DNA of 64,000 nucleotides, from the NCBI GenBank assembly GCA_951406725.2, contig OX597817.1:43710001-43774000 (forward strand). Reading direction: 5' to 3'. A program made the position numbers and the translations under genes. The notes beneath the pieces were generated by a model. That model was not told where the DNA came from and did not search any database. It saw only the letters and a program-made list of their open reading frames with translations. Shown piece after piece: positions 61,481 to 64,000 of the stretch. Position 1 is the first letter of the stretch; each line of letters starts with the position of its first letter. The stretch comes from Octopus vulgaris (lineage: Eukaryota).

Positions 61481-64000
61481 ACATTAATGGCTCTCAATCA
61501 CATTGCTTATAATTGCCCCAAAGATATAAAATGGAATCTGTGTTTCTATGGCCCAATAATTAAAGCACTAATGGGACCTATGGAAATTCCACAGAACAGT
61601 AAAAAATTAAGAGAAGCTATTTAAGAAAGACAGGATAATTTGCATCTTTATTTTTATTTCTATTATGATTATTTCAATTTCAGTCACAATAGTATATTAT
61701 ATAATTTTAAAATTTCCATCTGCTAAGCACTTATATTTCTCTCTTTCTCTCTACCTCAACAAAGTTTTTAACTGTGTAATTCCCCTCTTCATGTTGTTGA
61801 TATTTCTCTTTCTCTTCACCCCTCACTTCCACTAACCACTTGAATGACAACATAATGCATCAGCTGACTATTTGCATTCTTACACACTTTCACATTCCCT
61901 CTTCCTCTCTCTCACTCCACTCCTCCGCCTCTCTAACAAAGTGTAAAGTGTGAACGAACAGTTAGAAGAATAATATTATAGATTTAGTTTAATAAAAAAT
62001 ACTTTACACTACCAATACACCACCACCCCCATCATCACTATAGTTTTCAGTTACAAAGCTCATTTCATTTCAATTCAGTTGTTTGTTTATATCTACTTTT
62101 TCTTGCTGTTGGTGTATCTCTACTCTGACAATACAAATGCTATCTGCCACTCCCTCCCACAATATAACTGCCTCCCCTGTCCATCTCTCTTTAAGCTCAC
62201 CACCAGAACATCACCCTCTGCTAAATATTGTATTGTAAACATATCTCTTACTCTTTATCTTCCCCTCACCACCCTACAGTATGTGTTAATGCTTCTTGTT
62301 TCACCCTTCAGCTTACCATGTGACACATCTCTCTCTACATCTTTCTTCTCTACTTGCACTTCTCCCCTCGCTCACTTTTACTCCACCCCTCTACCTAAAG
62401 TATAATGAGCAAACAAACAAGCAGATTATTGGTGTGTGAATCCTTTGTATATTAATTAAAGGAGTTTTTTTTGGACATGGTTGAATATTTGTTTGGATGT
62501 AGTAGTACCACCATTCCATAAATGTGAACAATACTCCAATGTAGGTCTTACTAGAGCCTCATTGTTGCTGCAAATTGAATTCAGTTGAAGATGTTGCATA
62601 TTAGGCTATTCAGTAAGTTTTTATATTTATGTTGATGAATTAATAGTGCAGAATATACAGAAATAAAGTAGTAGTTTTTGCTTGTTATCTTGTAACTATG
62701 CTCTGGAAAAATCTCTGAAAACCAATATTTATTTCACATGCTGAAAGTTGTTATAAATTAACATAAAAATAATACGAAAGTAATTTTTGTTTTTCTTAGG
62801 AAAACAAACCATTTTATTTCTTAATTACACATATATAGTCTGTACAGTCATACAAAATCAGTATTAAGTTGGACACTGCAATTAGCGAGCTCTACACAAG
62901 ACAAATTAGTATTATCATTTCTGTTTACTGTTTAATTATTTTTTTTTATAGTTGGTAATAATAAACCAAAGTCATTTGTCATTACATTTCAAAAGAATGT
63001 TCTTTTTGTTTTGATTTTCTCCTTTTTTATTTTTTTTTACTTTGCTTTATTTTCTGACTCGGCACATATATTTAGGAAGCAGCCAGCATTTTGAAAATTT
63101 TTAATGTCCCATACCTCATGACAAACTCTCCAACAGTTATGTCTGAGCACAAGACATTTGCTGCTTTGGACAAATGGAAATATTTAGAAAGAAGGAGAGA
63201 AGGAGCAGGAGTAAGGAGCAAGATAAATATAGAAACAGAGCAACAATAGAGAGAAGGAGGGTAATATCCAGTAAAACTTGGAATTGAATTAAATGAAAAT
63301 GTAAAGGAAAACATCATAAAGAGGTTCATATTGGAAAGGTATTGAGAAGGGGAGGTTTTTAGTAGGGTTATTAAGCAGTTGGGTTAAAGAAAGGGCTTTT
63401 CTTTCTAGAATTTACCATCTCTCTATAAGAGTGCCCAAAATGTAGGAGATAAGTCATTGATTGAAGCTTAAAAATAAAAATAAAATATCCTAGTTGAAAT
63501 TCCTGTGTTCTTAGATTTTAGTCAAAACACCAAGGAAGTTAATTAGAAATATACTATTTGAAATGGTATAAACAGTAGACAGTGATTAATAAATTTTTTT
63601 TCCATTATCAATAATTTTAAAATTAATTTTAGTTATAATGCTTTTTATTTATTTATTTTTTTGACAGGATAGATGGAAATAGATACACAGCACCCTTTTT
63701 TTGGGGCAGTTGGTGATAGAAACACATCTACTTCAATGAGGTGGGTAGAAACTGAAGTATATATTCCTCAGGGGAGTAGATGAGAATAGAGACACACCTT
63801 CCTCAATGGAGTTGGTGGTTAAAGAAACACATCAACTTCAATAAGGCCGGTAGAAACAGAAGCATACATTCCTCAATGGGGTAGATGATTATAGAGACAT
63901 TCCCTCAGTGAGGCAATTTGGGATTGAAGTACACTTTTCTAAGTACAGAAGTAAAAAAATGTACTTCATTGAAAAAAAAAAAGTCTTCCTTAGAGTACTC

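Overview
AT-rich, microsatellite- and SINE-dense eukaryotic DNA. The repeat families look like those of a coleoid cephalopod (Octopus-like); that assignment is an inference. Almost all short ORFs in the supplied track are microsatellite or SINE artefacts. One spliced host gene can be rebuilt on the + strand: an 8-exon, about 702-aa CD36/SCARB/LIMP-2-family protein (32437-56946). It has two transmembrane helices, an unusual ~200-aa Cys/N-glycan-rich expansion at the ligand-binding apex, and a C-terminal NRVHP motif. Intron 1 holds a full-length antisense Ty3/Gypsy element (37178-41928) with a CACTC TSD, a tRNA-Leu PBS, a PPT and one nonsense mutation in gag-pol. Downstream lies a 5'-truncated RTE LINE whose stop codon plus 3'UTR is reiterated six times. 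The window also contains a mariner-derived fold-back element, MITEs, long palindromes, three or more SINE families and degraded LINE fragments. Scattered minimal hammerhead-ribozyme motifs of Penelope type include A3-U8 and U3-A8 covariant core variants and usually sit next to (TA)n tracts. All calls come from reading the sequence by eye; no database searches were run.
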